From positions 1,355,857 through 1,419,411 of the forward strand of contig NMRA01000004.1 of the NCBI GenBank assembly GCA_002633005.1: a stretch of 63,555 bases of DNA, in the 5' to 3' direction. Both the position numbers and the translations under genes were made by a program. Numbering within the stretch: the stretch's first letter is position 1; every line of letters begins with the position of its first letter. This document shows positions 25,201 to 34,300 of this stretch, piece after piece. This DNA is from Phoronis australis. Taxonomy: Eukaryota > Animalia > Phoronida. The notes beneath the pieces are model-generated. The model was not told where the DNA came from. It did not search any database and was given only the letters and a program-made list of their open reading frames with translations.

Positions 25201-28200
25201 TCATACACATCCCACTACGGATTCGAACGCTACTACCGTACGATTACCCGTAGAAAATTCACCAAAGGATTCGTCTGTAGTTGTGACACGTTCCGGAAGG
25301 AGATCAATCCAACCAGACAGGCTGAACTTTTAATTACTACTTATTATAACTAGCTTCAGTCATCAGTAGGATCACCTTACAGCACACAGCAGTGTGATAC
25401 ATCGTCTTAGTTATGACTGGACACTTAGAATCGTTTTACAAACAAGACTGCTGACAGTGTGTTACATGCATGTTTGTGTTTAGTTTGAAGTGTTCCTCCA
25501 TGTTTATTTACGTTTGCAGTAGTTAGCTAAGGGTAGAGGGATGTTGTGTATTGGCAATGCTACTTGTGGTTTTCCTTAGAATATAGTCACGTGGTATTTA
25601 TGCCCACAAGCCACGTGCTCATCCCCTTCTTGTATTAGTTCTCCAAGTGAATAGACGTATTATAATTTACTCTCATCTGTGTTGTTTTACTGGTTCTACG
25701 AACACAACAGGGTCACGGTTCGGTCCCATATCAGAAAGTGCCGACTGGCAGAGCCGATATCGGAACTGCATATTGGAAACTCTCACCTGTTACTTTTACA
25801 TCACAACTCCGATTTATATTCTAAATTGAATCTGCTCAGCGGAACTGTGGCACTTAACTAAATCCTTAAGCTCTCGCGAACAAAATTTACATTTCAAGAT
25901 TCATCATTTTGCATAAATATAGGTTTTTCTGATAACTAATATCTGTCAAATACAAAATGATTATCGCTCTCATTCCCATCTATATTGCTTACCATCTTCA
26001 AAGGGAAGTGAAGATTTCAGCAGGTTGTTTTATATCTTTAATCAAATGTGTTGAAAAGTTAAAATCCTAGAGTATATTCCTAGCATAGGCCTACCAGTGA
26101 TGATTTCATGCAAAAGGTCAATCGGTACATTTTAATTAAAAATATTGAATTAGTAGCAAGACAAATATAGCATATAAATGCTGCAAAAATTTGAATAATT
26201 CTGAATTGATATCTTAGTCACAATAAACAGTTTAATACCAGAAATTCAGAGCGTACGTCCATCACGTACATCCGTCACACTAAGTTAACTTATATCGAGC
26301 TGTCTGACAAAAAGTTCTTAGAAGATATTATCAAAAAGTTAGTGTGTGTGTTGTACTTTGCAAACATTCCACTATATCATCATATAAAACAAAAAATTGT
26401 AATTTAATGCAACTCTCAGAAAATTAATGCTAAAAAATTTTTCTAAAAAATTCAAATTCTCTGCCTACGTCCGTCACACCCCTTTAAAGGCAATTTTCTC
26501 AGTCAGGTAAAAAGATAGGGGAAAAGTTGACACATGTTTTGAAAGCTATCAATGAGACCTATCAATTGATGTATTATTTTCCTAGGAAGAAAATTTTTTC
26601 ACAATTGATCAAAATGCTCTCTGATGGTACGTCCGTCACAAATGGAATTGCCCATAAGACAATTTTGTATTATAAATCGTTATTGGTCTTCATTTGAAAG
26701 TTTTTAATCTTTTTGTCACAAATTACTCTCGATTCCAAACATGAAATTTGGACAGGATGTAGATTAGATGCATTTGCACCTCTTCAAGTTCTTTTCTCGA
26801 AGTCAAGGCCAAGTTTTCATGGCGAGTTTTCGATCGTCCGGAAGGCCTAATTTTGATCGGTCGGGAGATTGATGTTTTTGCAGTAGCACAATATGCCTCC
26901 CCCGCAACACGACTTTTAGATGAAGAATTTATCACTCTTTTAATTGATAATTATTTCATTTTCAGAAATTCAGTCAAACTGCTGCGCATTGGCACTTTCC
27001 AAACAGCAGTCATTAGTTCACTAAATGGTCACGTGTCAGCGCCACGAGTGGCTACGTTGAAGTGCAATGGCATCGCAACTTCACCATTCAAAATAAAGTT
27101 TTTATAAAGAGTTTGTTGCGTAAATGATGAAATCCTTCATATTAAGAGTGGTTTGTTTTCTCAAATGGTCCATTGTCTACTTTTTGTTTTTTTGTCATGA
27201 TACAATCTAATAGTACATGGGTGGCGCCGCAGCACTGAAAAAAGTGGGGGCGGGATATAGCCTCCCCCAGGCCCCTATCAGGGTATGATGCGCTGCCCAT
27301 GTAGTAGTACTCAGGGGCAGGGCAAAGTATTAGGCAGGATTTTAGCCTTAAGATATTTGCACCCTCGAACTGCCACGTGAAATCTGGGAGAGTTTTGGGG
27401 GGGCATGGTCCTTGCCCCACCCCCAAATCCACCAATGTTATCTTGTGGTATAATGTGAAATTTCCTCCTAGCTCAGGTGTATTTATTTCTAAGCTGATGT
27501 GTTGTCTTTGCTCTTTTCCTTTTAAGCTGCTGTGTAATTCATTGTTTTTATCAAACATGGGGTTGGTGCTCCAGTTCTATATGCTAACAACACACTTAAA
27601 CAGCAATATCTCTGTAGAAATCAATCCAAATTGTATTACATACCACCGTGTTTGTCTCAATGAGACAAATCTTTTGATATGTAACACATGCATGTTCTTT
27701 TATTTTTTATGAAATTATGTAGAAAGGCAGATATTTTACGCATAATCGTCGCAATTCAACAGTCATTTTCTCGGTAACCACTCGCCCAATTTTTATGATT
27801 TTGCACCATTTCATTTCTCACACCAAAGGCTTTTCAAAAATGTATTACACATGGGATTTGTAAAAAAATTTACAAAACTTTGTCCTCCCTAATTAAAGCA
27901 AATTTGTTTGTTCACTTAGAAGGAATTAAAGACATAAACGGCCTCCTAAGGTGTCCAAAGGATACCAAAATTGTACACGACCCTTTAAATTACATACATC
28001 CACATTACCAACATAAGGGTTACTTAAAACAAACTAGACAGGCCGAAGTGACATACCAGTGTCAAGATTGATTGGGACTGGGTCTCGAGTCCTGATACAC
28101 AGAGTGTAGGGAGGACAATCAAAAAGTAGGTCACGGTGCTCCATATCTGCCTCCGTGTAAAACCCACGTCGGTAAATTACCCGATTTCAGACTTCAAAGT

Positions 28201-29924
28201 TAACTATAAGACAATTTTGTGTTATAAATCGTTACCTTAGTCTTTATTTGTAAGTTTGTAATCTTTTTGTCTCAAATTATCGCTGATAAATCATTTTTTG
28301 TAAGCTTTTTTTAGCGCACGATTTTCCGCCATGCGATCAACTTTCGAAAAAGTACCTCTTGTTCCTCCTATCCAAAAGAGCACTATACTCTCAAATACAA
28401 ACATGAAATTTGGACAGGATGTAGTTTAGATGCGTGCGCATCTCCTCAAGTTGTTTTCTCGAAGTCAAGGCCAAGTTTTCATGGCGAGTTTTCGATCGTC
28501 CGGAAGGCCTAATTTTGGTCGGTCGGGAGATTGATGTTTTTCCAGTTGCGCAATATGCCCCCCCGATTTTTAGATGAGGAATTTATCACTCTTTTAATTG
28601 GTAATTATTTCATTTTCAGAAATTCTGTCAAACTGCTGCGCATTGGCACTTTTCAAACAGCAGTCGTTAGTTCACTAAGTCGCCGCATGTCAGCGCCACC
28701 AGCGGCTACGTTGAAGTTCAATGGCATCGCAACTTCACCGTTCGAAATAAAGTTGTTACAAAGTTTTTGTTGCGTAAATGATGAAATCCTTTATGTTAAG
28801 AGTGATTTGTTTTCCCAAATGGTCTTTTGTCTACTTTCTGATGTTTTTTGCCATGATACGATCTAATAGTACATGGGTGGCACCCAGCACTGAAAAAAGT
28901 GGGGGAGCTATAGCCTCCCCCAGCCCCCTGTCACTGTCAGGCAATGATGTGTTGCCCATGTAGTAGTATTCAGGGGCAGATCTAGGATTTTTAGATAGGA
29001 GGGGGGGGGGGCAGAGTATTACGCAGGATTTTATCCGTAAGATATTTGCACCCTCAAACTGCCAAATGAAATATGGGAGTTTTAGGGGGGGCTACGGGCC
29101 AGGCCCCCTTGCCCCCCCCCAAATCCACCAATGTGATCTTGTGATTTGATGTGAAATTTCCTCCTAGCTCAGATGTATTTATTTCTGAGCTGATGTGGTG
29201 TCTTTGCTCTTTACCTTTTGAGTTGTGTAATCCATTGTTTTCATCAAACATGATGAGCCTGTTCTATATGCTACAACAACAAATTAAACAGCAATATCTC
29301 TGTAGAAATCGATCCAAATTTTATATACTACATACCACCATGTTTGTCTCAATGAGACGAATCTTTTTATATGCAGCACATGTATATTCTTTAATTTTTT
29401 ACGAAATTATGTAAAAAGGCAGATATTTTATGCATAATCGTCGTGTTTCATCGGCCATTTTCTCGTCAACTGCTCATCCAATTTTTCTGATTTTTGCACC
29501 ATTTCATTTCTCACACAAAGGGCTTTTCAAAAATGTATGACACATGGGTATTGTAAAAAAAAATTAAAAAACGTTGTCCTCCCTACAGAGTGTACATGTT
29601 TATTTTGAATCTGCATCATACGTACTCTCAATACACGCAATTGCTTTTTAATTTGTTAACAATACGATATTGTCTCCGGAGGCGGAGTGACGTCCACGAC
29701 ACAAGTGCCTTCCCATTGAACTTGAAGACATTGACATTGTCAATGTCATTGACTGAATATGAAGTGTGAATGTTAGCTGGTCAATGAAATATAAAATGCT
29801 TACCACCACCGTAATTCAACCACTTGTAATACGGACCATAAGGAAATAACTTTTTGTAATATATAGGCAAAAGATCAGGCAATGCCGCCGGATCGTACTC
29901 GTCTTGTTTTGTTTCTTTAGCCAT
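4251..29924 (-). CDS. PRIM1: DNA primase small (catalytic) subunit, 13 exons, 420 aa
   Basis: Exons: 29804-29924, 20819-20976, 20087-20193, 18839-18912, 16044-16180, 14517-14575, 13638-13750, 12230-12333, 9536-9668, 9072-9141, 7933-8000, 5273-5371, 4251-4270. Total 1263 nt with all phases compatible. Motifs [61 protein letters not shown]; ends DQTMEF*. Confidence 0.96.
5823..6631. mobile_element. PIF/Harbinger (Tourist-like) MITE, copy 1
   Basis: TIRs GGGCTGTTCCAGCAAAATCTGTATGGGAGGGGGG / CCCCCCTCCCACACGGATTTTACTGGAACAGCCC; TAA on both sides; near-identical to 14752-15574. Confidence 0.85.
6785..7253. mobile_element. MITE related to 19465-20042
   Basis: Imperfect TIRs GAAACAGTCCCA.A.TGGGACTC / GAGTCCCTATTTGGGACTGTTTC; internal similarity to 19670-19830. 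Confidence 0.65.
9890..10716 (-). mobile_element. Second HINE-like non-autonomous element
   Basis: CAAGAG-type end at 9890 and terminal hairpin TACTTGGCGAAAA-TTTT-TTCGCCAAGTA at 10688-10715. Confidence 0.45.
10893..12173 (-). mobile_element. Helentron-associated non-autonomous element (HINE/DINE-1-like) with internal tandem repeats of about 140 bp
   Basis: On the - strand it starts TTTTTATGCGCCCAC, with a nearby partial inverted copy (12139-12148) and a GTCC-like microsatellite remnant. It ends in subTIR GTGGGTGCAC, hairpin CAACG-TTTCG-CGTTG and CTCTTGTT. Related ends at 259-297, about 46770-46935 and about 58750-59429. Confidence 0.7.
12334..13637 (-). other. U12-type AT-AC intron (PRIM1 intron 7)
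   Basis: 5' splice site ATATCCTTT at 13637-13629. Branch point TCTTAAC at 12350-12344, terminal AC at 12335-12334. The reading frame is preserved across these ends (..VPDE-P-VRDKLE). Confidence 0.93.
14752..15574. mobile_element. PIF/Harbinger (Tourist-like) MITE, copy 2
   Basis: Same TIRs; TAA at 14749-14751 and 15575-15577. Confidence 0.85.
18262..18677. mobile_element. Tc1/mariner-superfamily (pogo/Tc2-like) MITE
   Basis: TA|CCGTATTGTCTCACCATTAGGCCCATGG ... CCATGGGCCTAAAAGTGCGGCAATACGG|TA. Confidence 0.75.
19465..20042. mobile_element. MITE whose subterminal palindrome has been amplified into a minisatellite
   Basis: TIR GAAACAGTCCCAAATAGGGACT at about 19481 is the reverse complement of the repeat unit at the right end. 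Confidence 0.65.
19827..20026. repeat. 25-bp minisatellite, 8 units (TAAGTCCCTATTTGGGACTGGTTCT)
   Basis: Read directly. Each unit holds the hairpin AGTCCC-TATTT-GGGACT; there are no spacers. Confidence 0.95.
21162..21329 (+). repeat. 5' LTR
   Basis: TGTTG...CAACA; direct repeat of 25542-25709. Confidence 0.96.
21350..25333 (+). CDS. Gag-Pol polyprotein (1327 aa from first ATG): gag with zinc knuckles, protease, RT, RNase H, integrase
   Basis: Uninterrupted ORF containing [14 protein letters not shown] knuckle, LDTGA protease, YLDD RT, CDASPYG RNase H, H-x3-H...CQSC and IDYAG/VSDNG/NGAAE integrase, in gypsy domain order. Confidence 0.96.
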   Translation: MEDLAIKPFILHPTELAGSRWELWIKRLDNYLVAKNITQDPRKKATLLHYAGEEVFVINDSLPTEENETYDQLKKKLSDHFSPKRNTEYEVYQFRQATQTTSETLDMFCARLRTLAKHCDFADVDREIKSQIIQKTTMEKVRHKGLTESTISVADLLTYGRTQEAANQQGLAMAPQIVSTCTVTTNQVRGKQPVPHKQPYRHNHKRGNRGKAQKCVGCGGQCTDRRKCPAWGEKCHRCGILNHFQSQCRSKPTTKPQRGRANSTNWLGSDQSDRSIVYNNMYRIDSESAPSADPPHMVDVIINGQIVSMELDTGAKFSVVNEDVWSNICTNNEPLVDSHVILVGYGGAEVRSREAEVNVTQDNQEYRLPLLVTNSGPSLLGRNWLNRLRLDWKRVYTATNTVHELAVLQRYEELFRDELGKYTGGQVSLNVNPETTPVYMKARPVPYALREKVELELNRLINDGVLKSVSSSEWATPVVPVLKNSGDVRICGDYRSTLNKAGLVDKYPIPRIDDLFTKLAGGQIYSKLDLSHAYQQLELTEPSQKLTTLNTLSHGLLAYTRVPFGISSAPGLFQRTMEQVVRGIPMCTVYLDDILVAGRNAAEHKANLEQVLERLKNNGFRLKREKCVFNQTSVTYLGHRLDGAGIRPTKEKVTAIVQAPAPRNVSELRSYVGLLNYYHKFLDNASSVLAPLYALLRNGVKWRWGKRESDAFQHSKRLLTSTNLLVHYQPEYPLLLSCDASPYGVGAVLSHVLEDSSERPIAFASRTLAPAEKNYAQIDREALAIIFGVKHFHSYLYGRNFTIVTDHLPLLGILREGTAIPAMCSSRMKRWALMLSGYNYVLRHKSGQSNGNADALSRLPLECKPFQVPVPEEVVLSLTQMDFTPVTVSKIQRWTQQDPITSAVYRCVLQGFPDTANDLIAQYFSRRHELTVQDGCLLWGARVIIPPQGRTALLDELHGSHPGIVRMKNLARSYIWWPSIDVDIEQCVRQCQSCKENTQSPQHAKVHPWEWPGVPWHRIHIDYAGPMKNGKYILVIVDAHSKFIDAYITDSTSTEATVRKLRQCFATHGLPVMIVSDNGSGFASADFAKFCRNNGIKHTFSAPYHPASNGAAEAAVKIVKTGMARLEGDMETRLYTFLARHRITPHSATGRPPAELLMSRRPRSRLDLAVPDLRQRVLQKQSSAQRAHDTRDFCVGDTVLVRNFAGSPTWVPGMIIEQRGPVSFSVELSDKRIWRRHVDHIVRRTPEDNPSSTTFGPPPSNLPPPQAFVPPTRLMEQPSTHVVDHTHPTTDSNATTVRLPVENSPKDSSVVVTRSGRRSIQPDRLNF
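25542..25709 (+). repeat. 3' LTR
   Basis: TGTTG...CAACA; preceded by the polypurine tract. Confidence 0.96.
26654..27890. mobile_element. Left-truncated, diverged copy of the 28108-29584 element
   Basis: Collinear similarity to about 28206-29584; ends in TTGTCCTCCCT. Confidence 0.8.
28108..29584. mobile_element. Non-autonomous DNA transposon with a 9-bp TSD (MULE-like)
   Basis: TIRs AGGGAGGACAA / TTGTCCTCCCT. Direct repeat ACAGAGTGT at 28099-28107 and 29585-29593. Confidence 0.75.
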
Positions 29925-29938
29925 TCCTGTTCGTGAAA

Positions 29939-29966
29939 TTTGGCGCCTTTTCATGCAACTTCCGGG
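29939..29966. promoter_or_regulatory. E2F site and ETS site immediately upstream of the PRIM1 ATG
   Basis: TTTGGCGC (E2F consensus TTTSSCGC) at 29939-29946 and ACTTCCGG at about 29958-29965, in a CpG-richer region 15-40 bp from the start codon. Replication genes are typical E2F targets. Confidence 0.6.
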
Positions 29967-30574
29967 TTGTAACGCGCCCTCTATTAGCAGTCAGGGATTT
30001 GTCTGGCCATGTCCGGGAGACTCAAATCAGCCGAGTGCTTTTAAACGCCCAGGTTTACTACGTAGCACCTAGTCGTAAAAAGCACCACGACTATGTCTTA
30101 AACCTGCCTTTTGCAATTAAATTTAATAAAGAGGTACATTTTATGAGCGAAGACCTTTGCACTAAACAGTGCTAACCGTCGACTTTGTACCGCGGCACTG
30201 ACTAGTCCGGTGGCATAGTCGGATCCGTGTACGTGGCCCATGGCAGACAATCACGAGTAGTGCCCGGCTCCGGCCTCAGCCTGAGTGGACCTTTACCCCC
30301 GCGTCCGCCAGGCTCAGTGCGCATCTAGCTAAGTTGCACGTTTGGTAATGACTCAGAATCCGTCGTATAAGGGGTAGTATATATCAGTATACCGTCCGGC
30401 AGATTCAAAGCATACCGGTACCCGGACCACACCCAAAACGTAACTAAGACTTCGGAAAACAGCGCGCGTCTTGAGAAAGTAATCTCGACCGACTGGAATC
30501 GAAAGAAAAATGGCTAGTACGTGCGGAGAAGAACGAATTGAGCACGAGACCACCATTTATTATGATAAAAGCAC

Positions 30575-31090
30575 TTTTTTTAATGTTTATTACAAAATCT
30601 TCAGAATACAATGAATATACATAACCCAGAAAGCGCCAAGAGGCATTAGATCTGGGTAAAAAATACAAAGAAGTCTATATACAATGATTATATGCGAATA
30701 CATAAATAAAAAAACTGATGTTAAGAATACAATGATATATGACAACGAATGTATAAAATTCTATCCACTCACACAAAGAGATTTAATGTTATTAAGAAAT
30801 TCTGATACTATTTCAAATAAAATCTTATTTTCGTTTGAGTTAAGTTCTTGACATCCATACAGAAATAAATTAATTTTGTTGTACAATTGCGGAATTTCAG
30901 AATATTTTTATAAACATTGGGGTATTGTTCGAGTGCCTGGACTTGAAGAGCTGTACCCTCTCCTTGCATACCTCAAAAGCAAAGAAAACATGAGGATATG
31001 TCTGGGTATCTCCACAGGAACACAGAGGCGAAATATTATTAAAATTATGTCTAAATTTCTCGTTGTTTAGGAATAGACCACATCTTGATG
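30575..31090 (-). mobile_element. 5'-truncated non-LTR retrotransposon (CR1-group LINE) 3' end
   Basis: Decayed ORF2 C-terminus RCGLFLNNEKFRHNFNNISPLCSCGD...NLFLYGCQELNSNENKILFEIVSEFL, followed by a 3' UTR with AATAAA and an A-tract. Confidence 0.75.
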
Positions 31091-31282
31091 TGTATAGGGT
31101 TATTTCATGGTTGCGGGGAAGTTGGAATGATGTCAATGGGACTGGCAAGTCTCAGTGGAGTAGTAGTTTGCCCCCCTCCCGCCCAGGAAAATTTTCTGTT
31201 TTTACCTCTACAAAATAAAGCATTTTCCTTGATTCCTGAAGTATTATCCAAGAAAAAAGGCAAAAAAGGAGAACGTGTCAAA

Positions 31283-31363
31283 CAGAAAAAACTGCAAGAA
31301 CCAAAGACTCGAACTCACAACCTGGCGGATAAAGCGCTCGTGCGTTACCACTACACCACCACG
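31283..31363 (-). pseudogene. tRNA-derived sequence (SINE-like)
   Basis: On the - strand TGGTGTAGTGGTAA (A box) ... GAGTTCGAGTC (B box); no clean cloverleaf. Confidence 0.45.
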
Positions 31364-34300
31364 ATTTACCTTCAGTTTTCACTACTTAGAGACCTACTTG
31401 TTTATGGTCCACAGCGTTTGCGCGCGAAACCTACTTCTTTTTGTAATGCTTATTATACGTTTTATATTTTGTGCCATCAATTCTTAACAAATTTGTCGTA
31501 TTTAAAATAGTCTTCAAATGCCCAAAAGACCAAATCCGTTTTTCGCGTTGGCAATAATGACGGGATTGTTTTGGAAATTGTCTTAAGATAAGGTTTGACA
31601 AAGAGAGAATTGCGAGTTTCTGAGTGATTCACTAAGGCTTCGATTAAAATTCACATCTTACCAGCAGCTTCTGTTTTTCATCGTCACTCAGGTTCCATTT
31701 TCTTTAAAAAATGAAGTAAATTTTCTTCATTGCACAGTGGAGCAGACGACGGAAACGGAGTCGTAGTGCGCAGCGCCACTGCCGGTCGCCTGGGATNCCC
31801 CCCCCCCCCCCACGGACTGCTTTCCGCAGCCGGGCCGATAAGGCCCTGCTCGCGCCGTGCTAAATTCTTCCCAAACCAGGCTTCAAGCTAATTGGAGAGC
31901 AATGAACTGTTAGGACGTTCCCATTACATGTAAACACGCTAATAAGTCAAAAGTCTGAGGTACTTGTATGATTTTGCATGATTTTTTTCTAAAAAAAATT
32001 AAGAAACGTGGAAAAAGTTGTGCCGTTTTGCTTAAAACAGCTAATTTCATGACAGACCAGTCACCAGAATACAAACTCGATTGCGGATACTTATCCACAG
32101 CTTGCCTTTTGTTCGCCAGTTTGACACTTCACCAGTCCACGTAGCGATATGCGAATTATTGCGAGTTTGCATGGTCTCACGTTAGCGAATCACTTAGTTC
32201 ATGGTGTAAAAATCTTAGTTGTCTTCTGTCTAGAATAAAAACTATTCAGAACTAGTCAGGCAAAAACACCGGTGGCATGAGCATAAATTTAACAAATATC
32301 TACCTCATTGGGAAAGCTCGTGTGAACACGTGAACCGGCAAGTCTTAAGGTCTGGCGTGGATTAGAACACCTTCAGAGAATGACTACTCTGCATGGAACT
32401 AATGTCATACGGAAAATCATGAAAGGCGTTTTTGTTCCACAGCCTGGAAAACCATCAAAGCAGTTTAATGCTAAAATCTTCCATCAAAATTTCTTGTCCA
32501 AATGTCAAGTTTGTATCCAATAAATTTGGGGACCTCACCAATATCACCGTGACGATGCGCCGTTCACTTTCACTTTTTTGAAAAATCAGAAAATAAGTCT
32601 CTGGGCTGTTTTTAGTGACCCTGTCGTGGGTGATGTATCACTGCTAGACTGCACAGCAAAACAAAAAAGTGTGGGGCTCGCAGTGACTGCCGAGCCGGAG
32701 GTCTCGAAAAACTTTACAAGGTATATTCTGGTAGCCTCAAATTTCTCCGTTGAGGTGAACCTATGTGGACGTAAAAGCAGACTTCGGTTACGTGACTTTC
32801 AAACTGGAGAATGACTGGCTGTATGACCATGAGGGCAGTGTTTGCACGACCGGTTAACGTCTTTGACACGTTTTCTCGATTAATTTTGGTGTTAGTGCAG
32901 TTCTGATGTTGAACTGTGATAAGTAGTTCTACCTTCAGTGCTCCATCAACTCAGTAATGTACACAAAAATTCAAAAATTACCAATTTTATTCTATTATTA
33001 AATATTTTCAAGGTCTGTACAGACAATCAACATTACAGCTCAGTAAAATGTCATCTCCACTTCACCAACGACCGTGTAATACAGCAGAGCCTGAACTGCA
33101 AACATTCATCCAGTAACTTCACCATGGCAACAACAATAAAATGGCATGTACAGGGTGTAGGAACAACCTGGTGCTAGGACCAGAGCACACTCAATTGGAA
33201 CCCCTTTACTTTTATCCCAAACAAAATTACTGCAACAACAGTGTCAATGAAATCCATAAAAAAGCCTCCAAACTCGACTTAAATCTGGCTAATTCATGAG
33301 CAGCCAAAAACAAAAATCTAAGTCCCAATCCAAGTGCAAGTGGTACTTGAATCTACCACAAGAGTCTGTCAGAAACACGTTTTACGTTCCAAAGATACAT
33401 TTACTGGTACTGGCCTCACGTTGTTCACACGACCTGCTATCTGTACCATTTAATCACGGTTTCAGATTGCAACCAATGAAATATTCCGTAGAGTACATTT
33501 GCACACAGTTAACTCGTATTAAATGGTATCTCAACACATAATCAAGAAGCAGACAGCAGCTCAGTCATGTCAATTCATCCACCGTTCAACAGAAACAAAC
33601 CGAAACAAGAACCCAAGGTCAATCACTGACCTACCTGCAACAATGATTCTCAAAAAGTGCTTATGATGCAATATTGAAAGCAAGGGATGAGGTTGTACCT
33701 CAAAGAGAGGAATCTACTGTTGTCAACTGTTCTGAGTGCAAACAACTTCCCAAAACATAATAGAGGACAATGGAATGAGAGTATAAACATGTTCATAGCA
33801 CTTGAGAATTACAGAACTTGACTGACGCATCCACCCAAAATTATGATTATTTACTAGAACTCGTATAAGAGTTAGACTCAGCATATTTTAATTGACTTAA
33901 ACGTTAGCTGCCAATGTGAACAGGACTATGAAACAATGCCTGGTCACTTGCGACCATCCCACGAGCTGAGCTGAGCCATTCATCATAAATCCATTCATTG
34001 TGAACTGCCATCCACCGACCTATCCTCCGTTGGCAGAGGTTTCACACACCAAGCCATCAATCACTACTGCCTGGGTCACTGACATGCATCTGTCTTTCAA
34101 CCACCACTGCAAAGAAGATCAAAACAATAATCACAACTTACCATAGTAGAAAGGACCCCCGTGGGAATGCGTGCAGCCCAGAGATATCTGATTCAATCAT
34201 TTAGAGTTGCAAGCTTACAAGACCTCATGACCGAGTTAGCTCCAGAACACCAACCTCGACTACCGGGGCTAGTATTCGCCATTTCTTAAAATGTGACTGG

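Larger units (their letters stand above)
21162..25709 (+). mobile_element. Full-length Ty3/gypsy LTR retrotransposon (Mag-like) in PRIM1 intron 1, antisense to the host
   Basis: 168-bp TG..CA LTRs at 21162-21329 and 25542-25709 (4 mismatches). TSD GGGTC at 21157-21161 and 25710-25714. PBS TGGCGACGAGGAT at 21333-21345, complementary to the tRNA-Ser(GCT) 3' end. PPT AAGGGTAGAGGGA just before the 3' LTR. Confidence 0.97.
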
